DNA of 64,000 nucleotides, taken from NCBI GenBank assembly GCA_965235115.1, contig OZ249439.1, forward strand, positions 23,994,001 through 24,058,000, read 5' to 3'. The notes beneath the pieces are model-generated. The model searched no databases. It was given only the letters and a program-made list of their open reading frames with translations, and was not told the origin of the DNA. The position numbers and the translations under genes are program-made. The DNA comes from Laetmonice hystrix (lineage: Eukaryota). This document shows positions 24,301 to 34,862 of the stretch, piece by piece. Positions within the stretch are counted from its first letter, which is position 1, and every line of letters begins with the position of its first letter.

Positions 24301-27300
24301 TCAGAGATATATATACTGATAGCATGATACCAGACGAGGGAGGGGTTGCATGCGCCGTTATCGAGCGGCGGCTGGTCCGTCGGTCGAACCGGCCGACCGA
24401 CCAGCAGGCCCGTCGTCCCTGATCGACGTGTCAATACAGAAAGGCATCGCGTCGCCTTCCCGTACGCAAAGCGCATGATCGTGTTCCGCTTCAATTTCCT
24501 AAATTTGATGGTACACGCTGTCCATACATAAGCGCCTTTGTCATGGACATCGGAGCGTGCACCTAGAGCGACGACTGCCAATCTCGATGAGAGGCATCTT
24601 TTATTGAAGCCCGCGGTCATTACTCGCAGCAGGAGCATCCCACGAGGACTTTGCTGCCGACATCAATACGAACTTCAGTGGCGTTTAAAGCGAACCACGG
24701 ATGATTGGTGCTCATCACCATCAATACATTGACACATGCAAAACATACATCCTATGGAATGAACAAAGTGGCCAATCGATGGGCGACTCGCCAAAAATAG
24801 ATGTCAGTGAAGGACCATTGTGAAGGTCAAACCGCCTCGTTCCCCCGCGAGGGCAGCGCCATCTGAAAAATCTGCTACTACTTGGTCGATTCTTGCTCGT
24901 CTCCATGGGACGTGTCCTTCCTTGTTCGCCTGAACCGGTAGAGCACGGCTCTAACCCCCCAGAGTGAAGGATTAAGGGTGGTGAGGCACCTCTTGCCTTT
25001 GACGTCATGGCCAAAAGTCACTAATCACTTTCTTCAAGGGCCTTGCCCCTGATGGCATGTTCCTTTTTTCCCTCCACATAAAGTCATTGCAGTACTTTGG
25101 TCAATCCCCCCGATGCTAGCCCTGGTTATTTATTTCCTCCACTGGATGCGTCGATTATATTATATCTAGCGAAACCAAAGTCTCTTGGATTGAGCTGCGT
25201 CGCTTTCCCCCTGAGCCTGCTCGGCTCGTAAATTGATGCAATGCAATCGAAAAGGCCTTATCGCTTCGAAACCCGAATATCTGGGCGCGACTGAACACGC
25301 ATACGAGGCCAAGTTCTGCCAAAACACGCGCGTAACGTATCCAAGATAAAAGCCATGTTGGCATAATTCGGCCCCCGGGAACCGCTTCTGGTGGGTTCTA
25401 TTTGATAGGGATTGGAAAAATGGTCGAATTCGAGTTCCAGTGGGAAATGGCATTCTTGTTGAGAAGCGCACAACGTATCGCCATATCCAGTTCAGGCCGT
25501 TCACATGACGAATCATTATATCGACTGGAATATGTAACAAGATGACTTTGCAACGATTTTGTTCCCGTGTTCATAAGATGTTGCATTGGTACATGATGAT
25601 GTAGGGTATAGAATAAGGTCATGATTCCTATCTCGTTCATAGGGCCTTCTTGTCGGCCTCTTTAACCTTGGATGGCAGTTCGTCCAATTTCAGATTGACT
25701 TTAAAAAAGGTCAGTAATGACCAATATTTGTAGGCCTATAGATGCACAGCAATGCTTATATCTGGAGTTCGTTAAATGTCGTGCTTGGTATAGGTGATAT
25801 TTGGTTGAGGATATGTAGGAGTGCACGCCTATATGTCATGCGCCACCTATCCTCCAGTTTTGAGCACCCACGTGCACTAACTTATATTTTGTGTCCTCAC
25901 TCATTTCCCAGGACTTGGTCTCATACATACATACATGTACATGGAACACGTTCACATGCAAGCATGGAGTATTACACACAAACTCAATCCGTTACATTAA
26001 GATTTTGTGGCGCCATTGTATTATATTCGCACGCAATTATTTAAAAGTACATGTTTAACGTGACATGAAATCAGATATAGAACGCTTTGAAGGTGGTCCC
26101 TCTACCTTTTTCCCCTGAACTAAAAATGAATATGAAACCGAAGACCGCCTTTGTCAAGCTACACTTTTGTATACCGCGCGGTTAATTACATCTGTACAGT
26201 AGAAACTGTATTCCCTACTCACCATATTCGGAAGCATCCAGGAATAATGGCTGGACAGCATGCTCAAATGGAGTGCCTATATGAAGAACAATTTGAGCGG
26301 ATTAACTCTTTGTCCATTTTAGCTATACAATATTATAGATGTCCTAGTTCCGGGGACGAAGGGAAATTGAGATTGGTGACCTAGAACTAAGCATGTGATG
26401 TATCATCAATGCGAGAAGATTTTCGGAGAAATTACACGGTAAAACTGACCATAAAATAAGGAAGTATATAGGGATAAAGACGTAGGAAGCGGTGACATGA
26501 AATGCACAAAGACGCGATATAGGGACGGTGCAATAAATTATAATTCCGGGGAAGAGTAGATACAGATGGGAAAACTGAGGGGGAAAAACACCAAAGGCAC
26601 ACAACGAGGAGAAGACGGATAGAAACATGCAAATGGAACCGTCAAAGTAAGGACAAGGTTTGCATACTTTCAATGGCTTTACATATGAACACCTGCACAG
26701 TTCGGTGCAAAGCAACAAAAAGCGTTTAACTGGAACCGTTCAGGGGGGAAAAAATCTTCACAATAACACAGCCACCTGCAACACTCCGATATGGGAAAAA
26801 GAATATTATTCTGCAAATACGGAGTGCAAATGAAAAACATAAGTGAACAAAAAATGAACATTAAGAATCTAGAACGCTTGAGTGGAACGCGTTGGGCCGG
26901 GAAAAGGGCATCGGACTATATACTTGCAGCGAACGCTTAAAAGAGAGGAAGATAAATTTGAGACGCGGAGGCTGTAAGGGTCGGGGGCATTCGTAGATGG
27001 ATGCGAACTGCACGTATTAATGTTGAAAGCGTAAAGGGTTCCAGCAAACATATATATATCGCTCCGATTTCTGGCATGTAATGAAATAAATGTTTTGAGA
27101 ATCTCTAAGTCAAATATGTCTTTTTTTAAACCAACAATTCAGTTTCTTTCGTGTCATGGTACATAATGTGGCGTAGACTCGACTACACAATTAACTATCT
27201 ACTTATAACAACGTGGTTGCAGACGAAAAAGATTATGGCCAGAACTGGGGGCCTACATACCTCGTCCATCATCATCCTGGCCACGTCACCGGACGTTAAG

Positions 27301-30300
27301 AGTATGATGTTTCTAATGGTCAGTTTTCTGATGGTCAACATAATGTCCCGAGCGTCCTTCTGACCGACATTACGCGTCACTCTCCATGACCGGACGCGCA
27401 GGGCCGGATGGAGTACTAACCGTTCTACCAGATGCATCCCTATATAATGACAAAAAAAGAATTTCATAAAAATGATGAAGTACCTGTTTACTCGCTTTTC
27501 ATGCGTCGCTATACGGATTGCTAAAAGTAATGTTGACTTCAATAGTATCATGGCAAATCTTATCGACTTCATAACCAGCATCATTCCTGCTGGTCACCAT
27601 ACAATACCACCACATATCGCCACAACACAACATAACCATGATTACAACTATCAGTTGAGGAAACTTTCGATAAGGGAAGCAGTCATTCATAAAATGTTTG
27701 AAAAGGGAAAGAAGTTCCAAAATAAATAGCTGAATCCCATATTAGACCAGTAGCAGTTGCGATGGAAATAGTCAAACGACGCTGCAGTATCAGCAGCATA
27801 TATTTGTTCTTTTTTCTCCGCACCATATCGTGGTAATCGGTCCACGTGACAGGGGAGCCAATGTCCTCCTGGTGTTCAGCTGTTGAATAAAACGTGCGCC
27901 ATGATCCCAGTGAGATCCGACTGTCGACCAGGGACCGCCGTCCACTGATCCCCCACCGAGGTCAGGAAATGTTGCCGACGCCAGCAACTTCGTAGACAGG
28001 TTCGAATCAATAGATGACAAAGATAGATGGCTTGTCACCTTACAATCTCAACCTTATACACCCCTAGCGGTTGGGAAAAAATGACCGTATGCCCAGTGCG
28101 CAGGCGCAGCGGCACGCATCAAGGATGACCAATCGATGGCGATGGCCAATGAATTGACATTTAGATCGCGCAGCCGCCTCCGGGATGAACTTCCGGTGAT
28201 TCATAAAAACCGAATGATGTAACGCAGAAAAAGGAATGGATCTCCCTTATTGGAGAAGACCTTAGAACACGTCATGTTCAGTGGTGAGAAACAAGGTGAG
28301 GATGAAGTGAGGGAGTATACTTCACGAAGCCGTGGGCTCGGCCTTGTAAGTCTCCTACCTTGGAGTGGTTGCCTTTGGGCGATGGCTGTCGGGGGGGAAC
28401 CCGATCAAACAGCCGGCTGTGTGTTATCGCCCAGACCTGAAATGCCAGGCGCCTATTGCGACCAAGAGGTACACGTGTTCGTCTGTGTGCCCGACATTTC
28501 AATATCCGTTATGCTAAGACGTGATTCGGTTCTTTAGGGTTGCTCCCGGCGACAGAAGACGCCGTTACGGAGGGGGGGGGGTGGCCAGGAAATTCTGTAC
28601 AGTACAGGCGGAAGTGAAGGAAAGTCATTTGACTTTATGACTGACAATTTGCAAAAAGAACTTTCTTCAGGTCGAGGTCGTGTTTGTTGGTCACTTAACA
28701 TTTTGTAATACAGCTACTAAAGTTATTACAGAACTTTTCTGACCTTTGATCGCGGATTGGTTTTCAAAAAAGCGATTGTTTTTCGAGATGAAATGCAATT
28801 AGGCATGTAAAACTACACAGTGCCAATATCATTATTAAATTCCCTGTAATGTCACGAGTACTATAATTTGAAATTCATCACGAACGAACTATCATTGTTT
28901 TCACATCCATACTTATTAAGCGTCTACATTTTTACATTTACACTTATGATTTCCGATGAGAATGCCATTTGTCACTGACCGACCAACATGCCGACAAAAC
29001 GCTCCCCATTGATTAACTGATAACTGCAGTTCCCCCAGAAATCGGCCAAACTGATCGCGAGGTCGTTCGATGTCAAACTCGCGCGGGTTTAGGTCAATCG
29101 TTCACAAAAGGATCCGCGGGGTCACCCCTGTCGTCTATCTAACCCGCACACGCACCATCGGACAGAGGGGGACGCTGTCTGTCACGTCTGACATGACAAG
29201 CTTCAGATCTCGTGCAGGCGACAAGCCTTGATATACAGCACGCAAGCTATATGGGATATTCATGTCGGCACCGGTGGAATGTATTTCATAAATCTCTGGA
29301 CATGGTCGGTATGATTGGACAACCCGAGAACTATGGCACGAGTGTTGATATGATTGATTAGCAAACCTGAACGTTAAAGGAAATGTCATTCCGTCCCCGC
29401 TGCCATGGGTTGGTGTGCCATTTTACACGAACCACACAGGATGGGTAATATTTGATTTGTTCCATCAGTAGAGTCGGTTGATTATCATACAATGCACAAG
29501 GCTGTCCTTTATGCTATCAGAATTGCTATTATAATAGCATAATTTTGGTAAATAAAGGTACAAGCCGTGGCTTAGTCACAGAAGAATACTGTGATAAAGT
29601 ATATGTATGCGTTAGTAAAGAGAAGTTATTACTTCTTCAGAGCAACAAACTTATAACTTAACTCCCCCACTTACCTGTCCTATTTCCGAAATGGCCGGAA
29701 AAGTCCGAAAAGCTGCTACATTGGTCGGGGGTAACATCCGATAACAAAACAGCCCTATCAAAACCGGGTCATGTATCTGTCACATTTTGAGTAGGACAAA
29801 CTATGCTGTTTGAAATTTGAAATTTTATGCGCTAGGGAATAGGACAGGCAAGTGGGGGATTAAGGTATGACATTATGCAATAATTAGATTGATTGTATTT
29901 GGGAGGTGATCTTAGCGGCCAAAGGAGCTACCGTGCCACCTAGCGTCAACATCCAACGGAAGTTGATGGACCGTCAGAACGAGGTTCTTCCTCTAAACTA
30001 GGTCAGCAGCCTCGAACATCAAGGCCCTCTATCGGCCTAGTATCAGCCACGACGCGAGGGCCTTGAGTCAAGATTCCCCTAGATTTTTTTTCGTCAGAAT
30101 CCTGGCGAAATCCCCGACGAAACCTTCGCTTCTTGGCTGGCTTTCTCTGGGTCAAGGCCATCTGTCTGGTTCCCGCCCTCACTTTCCGATGAGACAGGGA
30201 ACCAGCCAGCCATTGACCCTGACCTGGCTTCTATACTGTTTAAGTGGACGATATTACGCGCGACATCGAGTTCAGACAAATGTCGTTGTCCAGTGCCAGG

Positions 30301-32712
30301 GTACCAGTACCAGGATACCCTTATAACGTCCTCGGGACTAGCATAACTCAGGAAAGAGAAACGAGTACCTCTGAAACAGACGTATAAGACAGACTGCTGA
30401 CAGTAATACATGCGTGACGCATTAACGTGTCATTTAGCAGTCTCAACCGGCATCGATAGATGGTCATCCGGGTACCAAACGGCGGTCATGTATATTTATT
30501 ACAAAATCTCGCGGCGAGGCTTGTACTGAGGTAAGAGGAACGAATGGCGGCAGTGGGCGTTATATATATGAAAGATGGTCGCCGTGCTGGACTGATAACG
30601 CCAGAATATTGGCGCCCTCTCTCCGTTAAAAAAAACCGGCCCGGAGATCTGCATTGAATGAGCAGACGACATCGGTTGGCGGGGCGCCTCAACGGCCTGG
30701 GTGAAACAACATTGGTGTCGTGACCCGCCAAACGACGCTCTGACCTTTCGCGCTCCCTACCCGGCGCAACTGGGAGACATTCTGAATTGTTGTCGCCTGG
30801 TATTAGGGCAAAGTCGTTCAGCGAAAGTTGAAATTCCAAAAGGATACAAGATAGCACGCTCCTCTTGACGTGCATTACACAGCTGGAATAATCTTGACAG
30901 ATCACGCGGCCCGCAAAGAATAGGAAAAATGCGTCTAGTGGCTGGGTCTCCTGTCTTAGTGCAGATATTTCCTCCTCTATAATGGAGAAACAGCCGGATT
31001 CGCCGTACTGCAACCTCGTTATGCATGGAAAAAAAAGAAAAAGGGAAGAAGAAAAAAAAAACAACGCGAACGAGATCGCGTGGTACCGCTTACCGTCGTT
31101 ATTATCGTACACTAACGCGAGATCTCGCCATTCATACTTCCGGGCAACATCCGCGGCGACCAACATGGCGTCGAGGTCGTTCGGGTAAACGACGATCATA
31201 TTGTACGGCCGGTAGCGAACCGTTTCCGGTGGTGACGTCACAAAGTAAGGGATGCCGAATTTCTCCGTTGTTGTCGCCAGAGGCTCGACGTAGGGGCCTA
31301 TCATTGCGGAAATGTTTGTGGTTCCAATTTCCATGTAGGCTGAAAAAAAACCATACACATTTAAGTTTCACGCAACATGAACCTGGATAAAAGTGTTTGG
31401 GTTAGGCACCTTTAGGCACTTTAACATTACGGTGATGTTCAAGGTACTGATTGGGCCTGTGTGACAATGAAGTCATTCTCTGGAATGTCACTTAATGTTT
31501 TGACAAAGAACCTGTTACATCTATCCAGCAAAAATGATAATGGATTAATTTGTGGGCTATCGATGAACTATTCTTTATCAACAATTCTGTTGCTTTGTTC
31601 TTTAACCGGTTATGATTGATCATGTGGACCTAAACGACTAGATAATTTCTAGACGACAAATACACTTTCTCCGAAGAGCCTGACACCGATGCTTTCCCAA
31701 TACTACCCCAGATATACTAAGGTATGTCAATTTTACATTTTACTAATTATATAAGTTGAAGATTTAGTAAATTTCCGAGGTGGCTTCATGCTCGAGGTGA
31801 AACTAGCGCCTCTTGTTATAAATAGTAAATACAAAAACCTGAAAACAATGTTCTCCCTCTTAGCTGACCGTTTGTCGACGTAGCAGCACGGGAAAAATTC
31901 TTCGATTTATTTGAGATAACTATGTATCATTTGAAAGTAGCATATTAAATACCAGCCAGTACTACATACACATTATGTTCTCATATATACAGAGAACCCA
32001 AACCACCCGATCCAGATCCGTCTCACACCTAACATTTTATTTTCCCCCATACTCTTCCTGTGTTCTATTTTTTAACGGTTATTTTCTTTTACCTGCCCAC
32101 TTGTATATCAGTCTGGACTCTTTATTAGGGCTTTCCGATCCCATGTTCTCGGTTCGCCTCTAATACCTCAACATTGAGCAACCCTATACTAGACAGATCC
32201 TTGAAGCCACCAATGGGAAAGGTCAATTAGATTTACGACTCAAGCCGCCTGTCCATTAAGTAACACATTATTCCCGCCAATTAAATATACTTATTTAAGC
32301 TTAGGGGACAGAATCTAATATGGAAATGTATCCACGACCTTTCTCTGTCACAAATATATCAAATTAAGAATAATTGCAAACAGCTCTAGGCTCTATGTTA
32401 TCCTGACTCTCAATATAAAATTAATATTTCAGCCTAGTGACCCTACATGGGTACATTCACGTGTACACGCCTTGCGAAGTTTAGATGCCATTATTCAAGT
32501 ATGAGTATATCCGGCTGCTTCCACCTCAGACCGATTTCACCCACCTTCTACTAAAATGTCCATCGTGATGTCCGAACGTCGTCGTATCGGCATAAATTGT
32601 ATGTCGACCTCAATGATACCCTTCTGAAAACGGAGCTCAGACCACGCAGTTCGTACGAGGTCAACCCGACTGGTCCCGTGAACTTTGACCTCCTCCTCAT
32701 CAACGATCACGC
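6181..32712 (-). CDS. Ionotropic glutamate receptor subunit, non-NMDA (AMPA/kainate/delta-like); spliced CDS of 10 exons, about 790 aa, 5'-incomplete (signal-peptide exon not located)
   Basis: Exons 32545-32712, 31094-31339, 27261-27439, 26223-26276, 17325-17561, 14462-14566, 13017-13145, 11556-11759, 10240-11081 and 6181-6388 have AG/GT boundaries with matching phases (1,1,1,0,0,0,0,0,0,2) and total 2372 nt with no internal stop. Hallmarks: EGFAIDLL, DGLYG, APLAITSDR..IDFTEPF, WFT..PRS, TYTANLAAFLT, YGTV, QCDLYEVG, YGLG, WFHNRKC, and M4 VAGLFIILGAGVVLAL. Confidence 0.95.
6930..7320 (-). mobile_element. Possible decayed hAT-type transposase catalytic-region fragment
   Basis: FSCLIDGVTK...EPYEVY resembles the FS..xDGxxD first catalytic Asp motif. 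Many stops. Confidence 0.25.
10240..11081 (-). CDS. iGluR large exon: end of S1, M1, M2 pore loop, M3, most of S2
   Basis: Acceptor ttttctttcag|AAC GCT, donor AG|gtaaga. Contains APLAITSDR, the M1 helix, WFTFASMVLRVTD, TYTANLAAFLT, YGTVRGSHV and YAFLWE. Confidence 0.98.
11556..11759 (-). CDS. iGluR S1 exon (EDPFV...RFEGFAIDLL...DGLYG...WTGVIGELLNG)
   Basis: Canonical S1 motifs. Acceptor aatcttcag|, donor GGG|gtaaag. Confidence 0.97.
13017..13145 (-). CDS. iGluR ATD-to-S1 linker exon (MGFWNSS...IVQIVTVL)
   Basis: Acceptor ccctttttcag|, donor CTG|gtaagt. Contains G.W and the S1 start IVTVL. Confidence 0.92.
13264..13410 (+). mobile_element. Possible decayed PIF/Harbinger (DDE_Tnp_4-like) fragment
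   Basis: TDRGF...FIPPFLK resembles the ADRGF...IPPF motif. Short and degenerate. Confidence 0.25.
14462..14566 (-). CDS. iGluR ATD C-terminal exon (IGDSGATGWLSFAEDGSRQGYTVGVYGLGMAGLYQ)
   Basis: G.TG..F..DG.R..Y motif. Donor CAG|gtatga. The in-frame acceptor is tttGAG|ATA, preceded by branch point TGACTAAC. Confidence 0.85.
15267..16640. repeat. Intronic minisatellite, 49-bp unit, about 28 copies
   Basis: Unit TTCTCAATGAGAGGAGCGTGCTAGGGACATTGAAACTCCTCCATC(C/T)GGA in near-perfect head-to-tail copies with no spacers. Confidence 0.98.
17325..17561 (-). CDS. iGluR ATD exon (TLGQDDLDRYIYTQINFTTFRL...CHWIGKGPIYATLHK)
   Basis: Acceptor tttgttgcag|, donor AAG|gtaagc. Contains the N.T.FRL, YD and C.W..G motifs. 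Confidence 0.88.
18606..18634. repeat. (TA)n microsatellite
   Basis: ttatatatatatatatatattatatatata. Confidence 0.9.
19400..19600 (-). mobile_element. Decayed Ty3/Gypsy-like integrase zinc-binding (H2C2) fragment
   Basis: Minus-strand translation CSTCKHAKQRAVPGALTP resembles the CxxC..K....G.L.P end of gypsy integrase Zn domains. A frameshifted WWP-like stretch lies just upstream. Recognised by eye only. Confidence 0.4.
21930..22231 (+). mobile_element. Decayed hAT transposase C-terminal dimerisation-domain-like fragment
   Basis: Translation DPIEQW....F*TL...NLYEIKRRSKRLDDSLKNIL resembles the hAT DP..WW..FP.L / K..RNRL...L pattern. Interrupted by a stop. Confidence 0.35.
22573..22900. repeat. 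Intronic minisatellite, 33-bp unit, 10 copies, each containing a CCAAT box
   Basis: Unit CTCACTTCAACCAATCACGGTACCGACACCAGA. Two copies carry a 1-nt deletion. Lies next to an assembly gap. Confidence 0.97.
22931..23120. other. Assembly gap (190 N) within an iGluR intron
   Basis: Run of N. The flanking exons join in frame, so no required coding exon appears to be missing. Confidence 1.
23580..23920 (-). mobile_element. Possible decayed Tc1/pogo-type DDE transposase fragment
   Basis: ICILLDRAKIH resembles the LLLDNAxxH second-Asp motif. Surrounding frame has stops. Confidence 0.25.
26223..26276 (-). CDS. iGluR ATD micro-exon, 54 nt (ALHLSMLSSHYSWMLPNM)
   Basis: Acceptor ttcttcatatag|, donor ATG|gtgagt, phase 0-0. 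Matches the A...M....Y.W...N motif and bridges the neighbouring exons in frame. Confidence 0.85.
27261..27439 (-). CDS. iGluR ATD exon (GMHLVERLV...RNIILLTSGDVARMMMDE)
   Basis: Acceptor cattatatag|GG, donor GAG|gtatgt, phase 1-0. The IRNIILL..DVA pattern matches the ATD R2 lobe. Confidence 0.85.
29658..29863. mobile_element. Short non-autonomous DNA element flanked by TTAA
   Basis: Inverted termini TCCCCCACTT(A/G)CCTGTCCTATT. TTAA at 29658-29661 and 29860-29863. Confidence 0.65.
31094..31339 (-). CDS. iGluR ATD exon (AYMEIGTTNISAMIGP...WRDLALVYDNND)
   Basis: Acceptor tttttttcag|, donor GACG|gtaagc. Motifs AMIGP, GIPYF and W..LALVYD are typical of the iGluR ATD. Confidence 0.9.
32545..32712 (-). 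CDS. iGluR exon: start of amino-terminal domain (GVIVDEEEVK...DILVE)
   Basis: Acceptor ttttcag|GC GTG ATC, donor GAAG|gtgggt, phase 1-1. G-V-I-V-D matches the first ATD beta-strand. Joins in frame to the 31339 exon. Not reported by the ORF track. Confidence 0.75.
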
Positions 32713-34759
32713 CTGAAAAGAAATCATTTCTGACTTAAGTCTTATCGGTCTAGGCCCAGTGTTTTGCTTAGCCTACATTGCCCTTATCAACTGCGAAGCA
32801 AGGGAAAAGAGGGCGAAACGCTTCGACATGGAAACACATTTTGAAAACGACATCGAATGATACTGCTGCACGTACCCTCTCACTCTCAGGTCTGGTGAGA
32901 ATTCATCACTCTGAAACTGAGTGCCTTTTTAAAGAGCGAATATAATAGCAATATTAGAAAATTATGCTTTCAACCGTAGCACTGGACGAGTATTCCGAGA
33001 ATCAAGATGCAAGCTTAACCAAATGTACGAGATATTTAAACAGGGAACGAGACACTCCCGGTCAATTGGAGTGTTTTTAGATTCTTCTGTCGTTTTTTAT
33101 AACTACCTCTTCAAATTGAGAGACTCATAAAAATGAGAAGAGTGCCTTCACCTTTACATGAGCTTTCAGCATTTATTAATCAGGCAATTTAGTCTCGCTG
33201 TTGCTAGTTTTAAAGAAGGTATGCACGCCAGGAGCGGTAGTGCGGATGTAGCAAACTCCAGTATCCGCTGGAACACTCTTTTAGGTTATTTCTTTTGCTA
33301 ATGTCATGATTTACATGCAGATATTTTACTTTTACTGATAGATATTACACATAAGGGAAAGACAGCTCAGATAGGAGGCGCATGTTAAAAGCGGATACGT
33401 GCCGTAGATCTTTATTACGTACTTTGCCGTATCACATGCAGCATATGGCCACAATAAAAATAGATACACATGTGCATGATGAAAAAGCGCGTTCTGCAGT
33501 TTTTATTTAATATACATGCCTGCATGGAGCTGGGAATTAACTATGTTTTCTTATATATAGGATACGCGTTAGGAGTCTCTAATGAGAATAAAGAACGACA
33601 AAAAGTACATGTAGTTCTGAAGAATCTATGGCGTGCTCAAATTGCAAGAATTACTGCCCTATTATGTTGGATGCGACTCGACATATTTACCAAGCGTTTT
33701 TCTTCACAATTAATATACAATGCTACAGTTTACAATGACAAAGTATATATATATATAAGAAAACAAGCCTACATATTACTTTTTAAAAATTCCCTTTGAT
33801 TTCAATAGAGACTTTAAGTTGTATACTATAGTTTTACAGTGGCATTATACAAGCATATATTTGGGCAGTGGCAGTGCAGAAGCCTGATTGGGAGAGCCGT
33901 TCGCCTTATGAAGTCGTACTGGGCAAGTCCTCTTGATCAAAGACTAGTATAAAACCTGGCTTTGAGGACGTGACTATCCGGCCTTCATTCCGGTTCTGAC
34001 AACCAGATTTCCCTGTGGTTTTCCTAAAGACTCGAGGGGTTGTCACACCAAATTTACCTAACCAAACATGGGGGTAAACCATGAAAATGTGTTTCAAGCG
34101 TAGCGCCTGCCCCGTTGTAGTGTGATCAAGATTCGTAAATAAAATATACATCCGTCTTTTCTTTTGTGTACGTGGTTTGTTTTGTTACGCCCGTGAACGC
34201 ACACCGTTTGGTACAGTCCTCAAGATACACATAAACTATGTGTGCATGTATGGTCTGTGCATATATGTAGATGATCCATTAGGCATTGTATGTCAAAATT
34301 ATTCCGTTCAAACTAAAATTCCTTAAGATCTATTTGTACAGACACATTTATTGCTTAGTCTGCTCGAGGAAATATCTTCTCATGTAAATATTAGAATTAA
34401 ATCCGCAGCATTGAGAAAAGGCATTATTCTCAAGGTGTGCAAACACACACGAATCTAGCCCTGGAACTGCTACAGTGGCATTATTACATTTCAAAAACAG
34501 CATTTCTCATCCCTAATATCCAACCACAGTTTAAGTCAAAATTAAAAAATAGCAGTAATATCTGCGCAAACATCTTTAACATGACCGTCTTTACGTTCTG
34601 TGACGTCACAATTTATTTATCAAGTTCTATACTCAATGCAGGATTCACGTTTAGTAGATATTATACAAATATGGCACTTGGTTGAGTGCAATATAAAAAA
34701 TTATGGCACGATAGCAACTGATATTGCACGACGCGAAGCGGAGTGCCATATCAGTTTAT

Positions 34760-34862
34760 TTTTTATTTATTTTATATTATTTTATATTTTATTTATACAT
34801 GTATATATTTTTAGTCTTTTTATTTTTTATATTATTTTATTGTATTATATATTTTATATTAG
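34760..34862. repeat. AT-rich low-complexity tract
   Basis: Repeated tttata/ttttat motifs. Confidence 0.8.

Noticed and set aside
33403-33493. Signal-peptide-like stretch NALFHHAHVYLFLLWPYAACDTAKYVIKIYG as the iGluR first exon
   Set aside because: No in-frame ATG (stop just upstream), poor acceptor, and it needs a weak GC donor to give phase 1. Not excluded but unsupported.
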